From Tolypothrix carrinoi HA7290-LM1 (GTDB lineage: Bacteria > Cyanobacteriota > Cyanobacteriia > Cyanobacteriales > Nostocaceae): a stretch of 32,458 bases of DNA. The notes beneath the pieces were generated by a model. That model ran no database searches. It had not been told where the DNA came from and saw only the letters and a program-made list of their open reading frames with translations. Location: the NCBI GenBank assembly GCA_019358935.1, contig JAHHIK010000094.1, forward strand, positions 1 to 32,458. Reading direction: 5' to 3'. Position 1 is the first letter of the stretch. Each line of letters begins with the position of its first letter. The position numbers and the translations under genes were made by a program. Below are positions 17,499-27,204 of the stretch, piece after piece.

Positions 17499-18824
17499 TT
17501 AAAAACTCCCAAAAAGTCTTTGGGCTTCAGCCATTGCTTCACCTATCCTTTCCTTGAAAAAACTCACATCAGATTCATCCATGAGCAGGTTACTGTAAAA
17601 TCTAGAAATCGGCGAAAATTGGATACCGTACTCCTTACAAATCCGGGTGATCAGAACATCCTGAATCTTAGTACTTTTTTCGTAATCTCCAGCACTCTGA
17701 ATGAGTTCTGCCTGAGAATGAAAAACTAGCACATTGGGTAGTCCTTGAACCACCATTGGTATTCCTAAGCTCTTTGCCGCTTCCACAAGAGACTGACCTA
17801 TCTGAATCAGGTAATTCCCCATCCTCTCGTAACATGAGGAATCATTTTCAAGCAACTCAATGGTTGCTAACACAGCAGCTAATCCCAGTGGATAACCATT
17901 GAATGTTCCGGCGTGGATGACTTTTTGATCCCCATAGAGTTGCATGATTTCCTTCTTGCCAACAATGGCTGACATCGGTAGAGCTCCTCCAGCCATTGCC
18001 TTAGCAAAAACAGTAATATCAGGTGTAACGCCTAACAGAGATTGTGCCCCACCGAGAGCTACTCTAAAACCAGTAATCACTTCATCAAATATGAGTGCTA
18101 CATGATGACGATCACAAAGTTCTCTGACCTTTTCCAAATACCCTTGTTGAGGTAGTATGCCTCCTCCATTAATACAGATAGGCTCCATGATAACAATGCC
18201 AATCTCGTCGCCGCGCTTTTGCAACAGATTTTCTAGCGCTTCGCTATCGTTCCATGGAAGTAGGAAAGATTGCTCTTGCAAAATATTGGGAGCGCGTCCA
18301 TCAGTCCCGAGAAAATCTCCTTCATAATCCACAGGGACAGGATGATCGGCAGATTCTGGTTTACCTCCCATAATATTGTCTGCATTACCGTGATAATGTC
18401 CCTGAAATCGGACAAATTTGTGCTTACCGGTATAAGCTCTGGCAAGCCTAATAGCATTCTGCACAGATTCAGTGCCACTCAGACCAAAACGTACCATTTC
18501 AGCACTGGGCACATGATGAATAATGCGTTCGCAAACAAGTCCTTCCAAATCGCATTGATCGACAGAAAGTACTTTATTCATGTAGTTGATTAACTTTGCC
18601 TTGTATTCCTCGTTGCCGTGTCCTACAATCAAAGCACCAAACTTACAAAAAAGATCGAGATGCTCATTACCATCCAAATCCCATACTCTCGATCCTTTTC
18701 CTTTACTAAAGGGTATCATAATATCTTTTATGCGATAACGGAAGTTGTAGTGGACTCCGCCTGGTAGATAGTTCTTTACCTGCTGGACTACTTGCTGAGA
18801 TTGAGGAAATTTAAGTTTCGGCAT
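17499..18824 (-). CDS. Class III PLP aminotransferase (GSA-aminomutase-like, PKS AMT type)
   Basis: KGSRVWDLDGNE, SGTES, FQGHYHG, LIFDEVITGFR, FAKAMAGG (PLP Lys), HAGTFNG. Confidence 0.9.
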   Translation of the reverse strand: MPKLKFPQSQQVVQQVKNYLPGGVHYNFRYRIKDIMIPFSKGKGSRVWDLDGNEHLDLFCKFGALIVGHGNEEYKAKLINYMNKVLSVDQCDLEGLVCERIIHHVPSAEMVRFGLSGTESVQNAIRLARAYTGKHKFVRFQGHYHGNADNIMGGKPESADHPVPVDYEGDFLGTDGRAPNILQEQSFLLPWNDSEALENLLQKRGDEIGIVIMEPICINGGGILPQQGYLEKVRELCDRHHVALIFDEVITGFRVALGGAQSLLGVTPDITVFAKAMAGGALPMSAIVGKKEIMQLYGDQKVIHAGTFNGYPLGLAAVLATIELLENDSSCYERMGNYLIQIGQSLVEAAKSLGIPMVVQGLPNVLVFHSQAELIQSAGDYEKSTKIQDVLITRICKEYGIQFSPISRFYSNLLMDESDVSFFKERIGEAMAEAQRLFGSF

Positions 18825-18967
18825 TGCAAGAATTCCTTATTAACAACTTGGGTTAAATAGTTAAAGCTCGGACGATAATGAGATTCACGCATGTTACATT
18901 TTCAAGGAGAATACTGATGCTTAAATCTCTTTCCAAACGACACCTATTGAGAAGAATAAATTAAAAA

Positions 18968-20581
18968 TTATGGTGTCACTTTATAGGTTCCATAATGTGT
19001 ACCATAGTTTACGCCTAGCCCGTTGAGCAGACGAAGACGAAAGAGATAAGCGGCTCCTCTCATCAGATGATAAGCAACATCAACAACATGACGGTTTTCT
19101 GGTTTCTCTAAGTATGACCCCTTTGCCCATTCATTAAACGCACCCATCGCTGGACCGCACCACACCTGGTAATCCATTTTTCGCTCGTGTACCCCAGCGC
19201 TAGCCCAACGAGATGATTTCCCAAGGTACCACTTAAAAATAAGGGCCATTTTTTTCTTCGGGTTGTCTAAAGCTTTCTGAATTTGACTAGGATCGCGCTC
19301 CGAAAAGAACTGAACAGTTTCATCCCATACTGTATCCAAATCCTTTTGAAAAAGCTCCTTTTCAATTTTTTGCCTCTCTACTGCTGGAATTTCATCGATA
19401 GAATTATACTGCCTGTAAATTTCATACAGTTTGTGAGCTCGCATCGCATAAAGTGTTCCTCTTTTTAAAACTTGTACCTTTACACCCATCTCAAACATAT
19501 CTGCAGCTGGAGACATGGCAACATCTGCAATATCTACTTGGGCTAATGAGGCTTTGACGGCTTCTGATGTACCGGATTCTAAACAGGCTTGATTCACTGA
19601 GCCAGTCACGACATAATCTGCTCCCATCATAAAAGCAGCCAACACTGCTTGGGGAGTGCTTATCCCACCTCCCGCCCCGACTCGAATGTTTTTTTCATAC
19701 TGATACTCCGCCTGAATCCGGTCTCTGATCTGTTGAATAAAAGGGAGCAGACAAATCAGCGGTCTGTTATCTGTGTGCCCAGCTGAATCTGCTTCTACAG
19801 TGATATCACTTGCCACAGGAACCAAGCTCGCCAAAGCAGCTTGTTCTTGAGTAATTAGACCTTGTGATACCAAATCCTGCAGTATCTTCTCTGGGGCTGG
19901 CTTCATGAATAGCTCAGCAACTTCTCTCCTAGAAATTTTGGCAATCACATGATTTTTAGCTGCGATCTGACCATGACTACTCTGAGAGAGCCCAGCGGCG
20001 TGATAATAAACAAGGTTAGGCGTCAAGTTCATAAAAGCAGATGCTTCTACCGTTTTTACGCCGTATTTGAGATACAACTCAACACATGCTCTTTCCAATT
20101 TCGGTTCGGAGGGGCTGTGAATAAGATTGAAGGCATAAGGGGCATCAGGAAGATTAGCTTGGAGGGTTCTGATGGCTTCTTCCACTCGCCTTAGAGGTAA
20201 ACCAGCCGCGCCAAACGAGCCCAAATATCCTTTTCTACCTAAAGAAGTTACCAAATCAACCGAAGCAATACCATTAGCCATAGCCCCTGCGTGATAGGCA
20301 TAATTCGTGCCGTGATCTTTTTTAAAAGCATTGCTACCAAGCCACTCAGGCTTTAAGGCTGGTATCAAGCCTGAACAATCGTAATCTCCTTTTGGCGAGA
20401 TTTCTCCACCCTTAGCGAGTGCAATGCCGGAATGGGTATGCAATACATAAAATGCTGTGTCTAGATCGTGTAAACAACGCTCAATTTGCGTCGCATCGGT
20501 TGCTATCAGATAATCCGACCCTTTCCATTTTAAGGGTGTACCAATGCTGTTTTCTTTGAGAAGAAGACTATTATTAATCAT
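18968..20581 (-). CDS. pfaD: PfaD-family enoyl reductase
   Basis: AGAMANGIAS, GSFGAAGL, EADSAGHTDNRP, PAADMFEMGVKVQVLKRGT, DYQVWCGPAMGAFN; likely start ATG 20581. Confidence 0.95.
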   Translation of the reverse strand: MINNSLLLKENSIGTPLKWKGSDYLIATDATQIERCLHDLDTAFYVLHTHSGIALAKGGEISPKGDYDCSGLIPALKPEWLGSNAFKKDHGTNYAYHAGAMANGIASVDLVTSLGRKGYLGSFGAAGLPLRRVEEAIRTLQANLPDAPYAFNLIHSPSEPKLERACVELYLKYGVKTVEASAFMNLTPNLVYYHAAGLSQSSHGQIAAKNHVIAKISRREVAELFMKPAPEKILQDLVSQGLITQEQAALASLVPVASDITVEADSAGHTDNRPLICLLPFIQQIRDRIQAEYQYEKNIRVGAGGGISTPQAVLAAFMMGADYVVTGSVNQACLESGTSEAVKASLAQVDIADVAMSPAADMFEMGVKVQVLKRGTLYAMRAHKLYEIYRQYNSIDEIPAVERQKIEKELFQKDLDTVWDETVQFFSERDPSQIQKALDNPKKKMALIFKWYLGKSSRWASAGVHERKMDYQVWCGPAMGAFNEWAKGSYLEKPENRHVVDVAYHLMRGAAYLFRLRLLNGLGVNYGTHYGTYKVTP

Positions 20582-20651
20582 TTTCTTCTTATAGTTTAAA
20601 AGATTTAAGAGTGTTAGACAATAACTAATCTGGTTAAAAACTAACAATTAT
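20578..20651. repeat. 74-bp direct repeat, copy 1 (pfaD upstream region plus ATG)
   Basis: 72/74 identical to 28363-28436. Confidence 0.92.
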
Positions 20652-20700
20652 CCACCATCAGTACATCGTTACCCTGTTGCAGAATTTAAAATCAATATTG

Positions 20701-22323
20701 TCATACTGTATTCAGCAATGCCATCTTTGAGTAGTTGTGAGTCAGCAGAACCGCTGCTTTTTCAGCAATCATCATTACGGGAGCATTAGTGTTGCCACCG
20801 ATAATATCAGGCATAATTGATGCATCAATAACTCGCAGTCTTTCAACTTTGTAAACTTGAAGTTGGGAGTTGACAACTGACATTGAATCATTACCCATTT
20901 TGCAAGTACCAACAGGGTGATATAAAGTTTCTACAGTGTTGCGTATAAAGTTGCAAATGTCCTCTTCTGTTTGCACTTGGTAACCTGGTACTAATTCATC
21001 ACCTCTAAATGCATCAAATGCCGTCATTTGTACTAGTTTACGAGAGAGGTGTACACCTTCTACTAAAACTTGTAAATCAGCTTGATTGTCTAGGTAATTC
21101 GGCTGAATAACTGGTGATTCAAAGGAAGCACTAGAGCGTAAAGTAATACTTCCTCTACTTTGAGGACGTAAAAGAGTTGAACCAAAAGTAAATCCATGAT
21201 TTTCAGATTGAATCAATCCGTGATTCAAGAAGTAAAATGGAGTAAAATGAAATTGTAAGTCACTTACTGTTAAATCCGGTTTAGTTTTGACAAAACCTCC
21301 AGCCTCCGCTACGTTTGATGTGAGAGATCCCTTTTTAAAAAGTAAATATTTCAAAAAACTTAGAAATTTTTGTGCATTCAGCAGAGTTATTGGTTTTGTA
21401 CATTGGTAGATGACGGGAACTAACAAATGGTCTTGTAAATTTTGACCAACACCAGGTAAATCTACTATCACTGGAATCCCCAAAGATTTCAGATGTTCAG
21501 CAGGTCCAATTCCTGATAGCATTAATAACTGAGGGGAGTTAATAGCTCCACAGCTTAAAATCACTTCGCGCTTAATTTTTATATCTTTTGTTACACCATC
21601 TTGAATATAGGTTAAACCTACAGCACGGGTTCCTTCAAAAAGTATGCGTTTACCCAGAGTATTTGTTAGAACAGTTAGGTTTGCTCGATGCAAAATGGGC
21701 TTTAAATATGCATCTGCTGCACTGTGGCGTTTCCCATTTCTTTGCGTTACTTGATAAAATCCAAATCCTTCCTGTTCTTCTCCATTAAAGTCGTTGTTTT
21801 CACAAAAACCAGCTTCTAAACAGGCTTCTCTAAATGCATAAGAAAGGGGGTTAATGCAGCGTTGGTTTGCAACATTGAGAGGTCCACCTATACCGTGATA
21901 CTCATTAGCACCATGTTCTTGATTTTCTGCTTTTTTGAAGTAGGAAAGTACTTCTTTTGCACTCCAACCTTCATTTCCTAAATTATACCAATGGTCGTAA
22001 TCATGATAGTTGCCACGAATATAAATCATGGCATTAATCGAACTACAACCACCTAAAACTTTTCCACGAGGCCAATAAAGGTTACGATTATTTAAGTGAG
22101 GTTGCTTTTCTGTGTAGTAAGCCCAATCGTACTCACTTTGAAATAGCGTGGAAAAACCAGCAGGAATATGGATTTCCTGCTTGTCGTCTGGTTTACCCGC
22201 TTCCAGCAGCAACACTTTAGTGTTTGAATCTTCTGTAAGACGGTTAGCTAAAACGCATCCTGCTGAACCTGCACCCACAATCACGTAGTCATAAATGGAA
22301 TTACTGGTGTGTCGAGTTTTCAT
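20701..22323 (-). CDS. GMC oxidoreductase (choline/alcohol dehydrogenase-like)
   Basis: YDYVIVGAGSAGCVLANRL, PRGKVLGGCSSINAMIYIRG, YHPVGTCKMG, GGNTNAP. Confidence 0.93.
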   Translation of the reverse strand: MKTRHTSNSIYDYVIVGAGSAGCVLANRLTEDSNTKVLLLEAGKPDDKQEIHIPAGFSTLFQSEYDWAYYTEKQPHLNNRNLYWPRGKVLGGCSSINAMIYIRGNYHDYDHWYNLGNEGWSAKEVLSYFKKAENQEHGANEYHGIGGPLNVANQRCINPLSYAFREACLEAGFCENNDFNGEEQEGFGFYQVTQRNGKRHSAADAYLKPILHRANLTVLTNTLGKRILFEGTRAVGLTYIQDGVTKDIKIKREVILSCGAINSPQLLMLSGIGPAEHLKSLGIPVIVDLPGVGQNLQDHLLVPVIYQCTKPITLLNAQKFLSFLKYLLFKKGSLTSNVAEAGGFVKTKPDLTVSDLQFHFTPFYFLNHGLIQSENHGFTFGSTLLRPQSRGSITLRSSASFESPVIQPNYLDNQADLQVLVEGVHLSRKLVQMTAFDAFRGDELVPGYQVQTEEDICNFIRNTVETLYHPVGTCKMGNDSMSVVNSQLQVYKVERLRVIDASIMPDIIGGNTNAPVMMIAEKAAVLLTHNYSKMALLNTV

Positions 22324-22325
22324 AA

Positions 22326-23510
22326 CTAAATGATTGATAACTGGAATTCTGACTCGGTGAATCCGTTGTTGTTAAAATATTCAAGCCCTTGTCGAGCCGT
22401 CTCACTTCTAACCCCAAAAGCTGGCTTTTGTTTTTTCTCAATTAAATGTGCAATCATAGCTGAGGTTCTGGAACAAAGAAATAGTCCTGTTCCATAATTA
22501 GCTCTGATGCCTAAAGATAAAAATACTGCGGCACTAATACTATCAACATTGGGAAAAATCCCGATTTTACTTTTCAAAACATCAGATATTACATCGTAGA
22601 TTCTGATAAAGTCTGAATCGTATCCCATATCAACAATAATCTTCCTTAAATGAGCATTTCTTGGGTCTACTTTAAATAAAGGATGCCCAAAGCCTGGGAT
22701 GATTGTCTTATTCGCTAACATTTTCTCTAAAATAGTCAAAGTACATTCATCTAAATCTCCTTGATGAGAATTATGGATTGATTGAAAAAGTTCCATCGCT
22801 TTATCACAAGCTCCAACGTGAAATGGTCCTGCTGCTGTATATCCTGCTGCTAGTGCTTGTGGAATCGGAACTCCAGTTCCTACAGCACCTCTGGGTAACA
22901 TCACAGTAGGAGTAAGAAAACCAAATCCAGCATGAAAACTTACCATTACGTCATTAAAAAGTTTTCTTTCTATTTCATTGGCAAAGTTTCTCCCAGAAGT
23001 AATTTGAAAGATGCAGGTTAAATAATCTACCTTTCTTGTTCTCAAGTCGCTTAGTTGACTCTCAAGTTCTTCGTTTCCTCCTTCTTTTACAGATGAAATA
23101 GCATAGGCAAGCAAAAGAGGAGTAATTGCAAAATAGTATAGTCCCTCTTGGGCATCTTGTTCTAAACCTATTTCTGCTATGTCACTCTCTTTTATTGTCC
23201 TTGATAAGATATCCTCAATCTCGACCATCAAGCCTGCTATGATGGCTCTGGATGCTGAAGTTCCAAATGCAGCAACTAGCTTGACAACTTTCATTGCAGG
23301 ATGATTAGGCTCCAAAGATAAAAAGGCTTTGACAAGATAGTTATCTAGCGCTTGTTCTTGAGAAGGATGTGGTTTTTTACCAGTTAGCAGATGGTAAACT
23401 GCTCCTGTATAAGAAAAAGTTCCAATAATTTCATTCAGATTTTTACCTCTTACATTCAGCTGCTCTGGCTTTAAAGTTGGTCCATCAATGTCTGTTACTT
23501 GATACAACAT
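22326..23510 (-). CDS. Citrate synthase/citryl-CoA lyase-like protein
   Basis: GPFHVGA, IPGFGHPLFKVDPR, PNVD and SRTSAMIAH motifs. Confidence 0.8.
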   Translation of the reverse strand: MLYQVTDIDGPTLKPEQLNVRGKNLNEIIGTFSYTGAVYHLLTGKKPHPSQEQALDNYLVKAFLSLEPNHPAMKVVKLVAAFGTSASRAIIAGLMVEIEDILSRTIKESDIAEIGLEQDAQEGLYYFAITPLLLAYAISSVKEGGNEELESQLSDLRTRKVDYLTCIFQITSGRNFANEIERKLFNDVMVSFHAGFGFLTPTVMLPRGAVGTGVPIPQALAAGYTAAGPFHVGACDKAMELFQSIHNSHQGDLDECTLTILEKMLANKTIIPGFGHPLFKVDPRNAHLRKIIVDMGYDSDFIRIYDVISDVLKSKIGIFPNVDSISAAVFLSLGIRANYGTGLFLCSRTSAMIAHLIEKKQKPAFGVRSETARQGLEYFNNNGFTESEFQLSII

Positions 23511-23562
23511 AATTACCTCTTAAGATGTGATAAAAAATTCCTTGGTCTCTTAAACAACAAGT

Positions 23563-24336
23563 TCAATGTGTAGAAAGTATCCCTTTTTGTTTGGTGTAGC
23601 GTTCAATAGCTTGAAACAGCAGCATACCAAGAGCAAAATAAACTACGCCGTTAATTACAGCCAGAACGAACTGAAGCGGATCGAAAAGTTCACTTCTAAC
23701 CATCATGGAACGCAACATTCCCATACCTGGTGTCATTGGTAATAGCTGTCCCAAAACTTGAGGTAAACCTCCCCAGGTTTCCACTGGTGCTGTAAGCAAA
23801 AACAACAGTGAGAACTCGAATATGCTTGTTATCCGATGGATACGCTTAAACAACAAGGCTAAAGCACCCATAGTGAAGCCCAGACCAATTGCACCCATCA
23901 CAACTGTGCATAAGGGGAGTAGCAAGCTGGGGGAAATTTGGATTTGACTTTTGGTGATAGCTAGAATAGTCAACAATACACCAAAAATAAGAATCAGGTG
24001 CAAAGTCATATTTGCAAAGGCTCGCACTAAATATACTGTTGAAGCGCCGAATGGTGAGAGGAAAATCTGCTCGAGAATTCCGGTCTGGGCTTCGTTTTCA
24101 ATTGTCCTAGGTAAATCTCCTACGGTTAATACAACTAGAGTCCAAAGCACATACCCCACAACTAAGGAGTCTAGTCTATCGCCAAAGGACAAGCTTGTTC
24201 CTGCCACATAATATATACCTAGGATTAGCCCATAAAAAAGTGCTGTCAGGATGATAATGACTCCAATAGCCTCGCTGGGGTAGCGCTTAAACATAAGCCA
24301 AGTTCGCTTGCACTCACCGAGAAATAGTTTAAACAT
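23563..24336 (-). CDS. ABC-2 type exporter permease
   Basis: About six hydrophobic segments and an EAQTGILEQIFLSP motif; overlaps the ATPase stop. Confidence 0.85.
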   Translation of the reverse strand: MFKLFLGECKRTWLMFKRYPSEAIGVIIILTALFYGLILGIYYVAGTSLSFGDRLDSLVVGYVLWTLVVLTVGDLPRTIENEAQTGILEQIFLSPFGASTVYLVRAFANMTLHLILIFGVLLTILAITKSQIQISPSLLLPLCTVVMGAIGLGFTMGALALLFKRIHRITSIFEFSLLFLLTAPVETWGGLPQVLGQLLPMTPGMGMLRSMMVRSELFDPLQFVLAVINGVVYFALGMLLFQAIERYTKQKGILSTH

Positions 24337-25252
24337 ATCTTCTACCTCGCGTAATTTTCAAGAAGGCTTGTGTGAGGTCGGCTTGTTCTTTTTCCACTTT
24401 TACAATGGGTAGGGGCTTGAGTTTTTCCAAAACACTGTAAAGCCCTTCTAAATCCTGTATGTATATGTCTTGACTGGATTGGACAACTGCACCCAAAGCT
24501 TCAAGCGCTTTTACCTGTGCTGACTCCAGACCTCGTTCGATTTTTATTGTGTAACCAGAACCAGAAAATTGTTTAATTATTTCGTAAGTAGGTTGCTCGG
24601 TAATAATTTTACCTTGATGAATAATAACCACTCTGTCTGAAAGTTCTTCTGCTACATCAAGTTGATGAGTAGTGAGGAGGATAGCATAGCCCTCTTGAGC
24701 AACTTCCCTCACTAAAGTTTTCATGTTCTCAGAAGCTTCTACATCTAATCCTAAAGTGGGTTCGTCTAAAAGCAAAAGCTTTGGTCGATGAATTAAAGCC
24801 ACAGCAATAGCAACTTTCTGCTGCATTCCTCGGGAAAGAAATTGAATTCGAGTTTTAGCTTTTGCTAATAAGTCAAATTTTTCTAAAAGTTCTATTGCAT
24901 TATTGCGAGCCGTCCTAGGGCTAAGTCCCTTTAACACGGCGAAGTACTCCAGATTTTCAATAGGAGTAAAGCTCCAATAAAGGTTACGATTTCCCTCCAA
25001 TACCACACTTAGCTTTCTGAAAGCAAGAGAGTTATTATGAGGGTTTAAACCATCGATTTGCACGCATCCTTCATCAGGTTTAATCAATCCTGCAATCATT
25101 TTGATTGTAGTCGTCTTTCCAGCCCCGTTACTCCCAAGGAAAGCCACCACTTCTCCAGGAGCTATATTTAAATAAACATCGTTTACTGCTCTCAATATTT
25201 TACCCCTATGCTTGAAAGACTTACTTAGCCCTCTTGCTTCAAGTACTTTCAT
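24329..25252 (-). CDS. ABC exporter ATP-binding protein
   Basis: GSNGAGKTT, LSRGMQQKV, LLLLDEPT, TTH; strong GAGGAGGAGG RBS. Confidence 0.93.
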   Translation of the reverse strand: MKVLEARGLSKSFKHRGKILRAVNDVYLNIAPGEVVAFLGSNGAGKTTTIKMIAGLIKPDEGCVQIDGLNPHNNSLAFRKLSVVLEGNRNLYWSFTPIENLEYFAVLKGLSPRTARNNAIELLEKFDLLAKAKTRIQFLSRGMQQKVAIAVALIHRPKLLLLDEPTLGLDVEASENMKTLVREVAQEGYAILLTTHQLDVAEELSDRVVIIHQGKIITEQPTYEIIKQFSGSGYTIKIERGLESAQVKALEALGAVVQSSQDIYIQDLEGLYSVLEKLKPLPIVKVEKEQADLTQAFLKITRGRRYV

Positions 25253-25579
25253 ATAGCCTCCTCCTCAGTGTTGTGTATAGGAGGGTGTACCACCTGTGAT
25301 TTTCATGAAATGTCATGTCTGTCAATACTCTCAAACACATTAAAATCTTGTTTTGCGGCGATTGGCATCTTTAGCTTGTTAAATCTGCGATCGCTCTCAA
25401 GATACACATTTTATAATCCTAATACAGTAAGGGTTTTAGGGAATCAAGGAAAAATGTGTTTCTTTCATCCGTTGCTTGCGGCGATTTTAGCCGCGAGTTG
25501 GGCGCTTATATCTTGAACTTTGAATTTTGAACAGGTAGAGACACCTGTTCCACAAGAGTTGTATTGATTTGTAGGGTAG

Positions 25580-26046
25580 CTCAGATCTTGCATCAACTCC
25601 AAAAACCGGGTTTCTAGATGACTGGAGTTTAGACTAAGCAACAAGAAACGATCCAGCAAAGCTGAGTTGAAAAGAAACAGGCTTCAGACATGAAAATCTA
25701 CAATCCTAAGCAGATTTTGGGTGCTCTTTGCGGGGCTTAGTTGTAGTTTTTTTGACTATCGGATAGCGAATTCTACGTTGTCGTGGTTTTCCTGGTTTCC
25801 AGCCTGGAGACTTTCCACTCTTGTTTAGGCAAGCGGGCAGGAGTACCAATCACTGCAAAAATGCTCCCCATCGCTTGGGCAACCCAACGAGCGGGTCATT
25901 TTGTCTGATGATAAATCAAGGGTTATAGGTTATACGATTTGCATTTGTACTCGGTTTTTACCTCTTGTTGAGAATGGTGAGTCCAGCGCTGAAGGAGGGT
26001 CTCTCTCCGCAGGCGACTGGCGAACCCGAAGGGTGCAAGATGTCAG
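25580..26046. mobile_element. Non-coding MITE with IS701-like ends
   Basis: Left end CTCAGATCTTGCATC and right end GGTGCAAGATGTCAG (12/15 inverted match), flanked by GTAG at 25576-25579 and 26047-26050; more GTGCAAGAT ends at about 26065, 26414 and 1592. Confidence 0.6.
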
Positions 26047-26142
26047 GTAGGCGACACCCGTGTTGTGCAAGATGTGAAATAGCCTATTCTCGGAGTTCTA
26101 CACTCCCAAAGATTGAACAAAACGAGTCAGCAACCTCTACTC

Positions 26143-26341
26143 CTAAGAAACACATTTAGTAGGTGTTGAAATAGGAATGAGTTCTAAGCCAAAAGCTTGA
26201 GCTTTGATCTTAAGATTTTTAAGTATGCAGTCTCGATACTGTTGTTCATAGGCATCAATACCAGGGTCAATATAGCGATCGCCAGATGTCCAAAGGCGAT
26301 AAAAAATGCGTGCGAGTTTATGAGCAGTAGCGGTGATAAGC
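26143..26341 (-). mobile_element. IS110-family transposase C-terminal remnant
   Basis: ITATAHKLARIFYRLWTSGDRYIDPGIDAYEQQYR...LKIKAQAFGLEL. Confidence 0.75.
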
Positions 26342-26451
26342 GCGATAAAAGCCAAGAAAAATAATGTAGCTTTATAGCGGATGTTTTTCGCTTGTACGGA
26401 ATTGTACGGTGAGGTGCAAGATATGAGTCTACCCGTCGAAGAGCAATATTT

Positions 26452-27114
26452 TTATTTGGAAATTCTTAGTTCAAAGCCTAAACTTCCCAGTCCACTCTCC
26501 GGTGCTGTGATGGTAGCATACTCTGTAAGTCCAGCTACTTTCAGCATATCTTCAACTTCTTGGGGCGTGTACTTCTCTTCTAGATTAGAGGGTACAATGC
26601 CAGCTTGTTCGCGAAGACGATTAAATTCTGCAAGTACTTCCGGCGCTGGGTTCCGTCGGATATCATGAATAATTGCAACTCCACTAGGCTTAAGGATGCG
26701 ATATATTTCCTGAAAAGCCCTTACAGGGTTAGCCCAATGATGTATTGTAGAACGGCTAATTACTAAATCAGCGTAATTATCAGGGAATGGCATATCGTGA
26801 ACATCTGCATTCGTAATCTCGATCCGATTTTCAAGATCATTCTGCTTCACAACCTCGCGAGCCTTATCGATCATATCCTCGAAACAATCCGTTCCGATAA
26901 GCGATAAAGCTTGTAGTTCTGGGTTTGCTGCTACTTTAATTAATACCTGAGCAGTGCCAGTTCCCACATCCACTAATGTTTTCAAACCACCGCCCTGCTG
27001 ATGATATTCTTCTAGCAAACGTTCCAGAATGAAGTCATCATAAATACTTACAAAACTTTTTGTGTAGTGGTCATAGCTTTCTGCTGAATACTTTACTGGT
27101 AAATTGTCTCTCAT
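26452..27114 (-). CDS. Class I SAM-dependent methyltransferase
   Basis: LVDVGTGTA, ADVHDMPFPDNYADLV, EIYRILKPSG; GAGG RBS. Confidence 0.9.
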   Translation of the reverse strand: MRDNLPVKYSAESYDHYTKSFVSIYDDFILERLLEEYHQQGGGLKTLVDVGTGTAQVLIKVAANPELQALSLIGTDCFEDMIDKAREVVKQNDLENRIEITNADVHDMPFPDNYADLVISRSTIHHWANPVRAFQEIYRILKPSGVAIIHDIRRNPAPEVLAEFNRLREQAGIVPSNLEEKYTPQEVEDMLKVAGLTEYATITAPESGLGSLGFELRISK

Positions 27115-27204
27115 CGTTTGTTCCTCTTTTGTAAGCTGTAAAATCTGAAAGTTGTTAGAGTTTTTGCAACTGTCCCTTTGCCAGTCAAAAAGGTAGAGAT
27201 AGTT

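Noticed and set aside
17499..18824. Housekeeping hemL (GSA aminomutase)
   Set aside because: Same fold, but embedded in the PKS operon and the N-terminal motif differs (PGGVHYNFR rather than PGGVNSPVR)
3103..20581. Canonical heterocyst glycolipid (hgl) or EPA/DHA pfa cluster
   Set aside because: No glycosyltransferase, PfaB-like AT, tandem ACPs or PPTase in the window; the embedded aminotransferase and amidinotransferases are not part of those pathways
20582..20647. TTG-initiated N-terminal extension of PfaD
   Set aside because: Lies in the duplicated AT-rich upstream sequence; ATG 20581 is more plausible
5360..26668. Numerous 60-120 aa ORFs overlapping larger genes or mobile debris
   Set aside because: Antisense or alternate-frame shadows with no motifs
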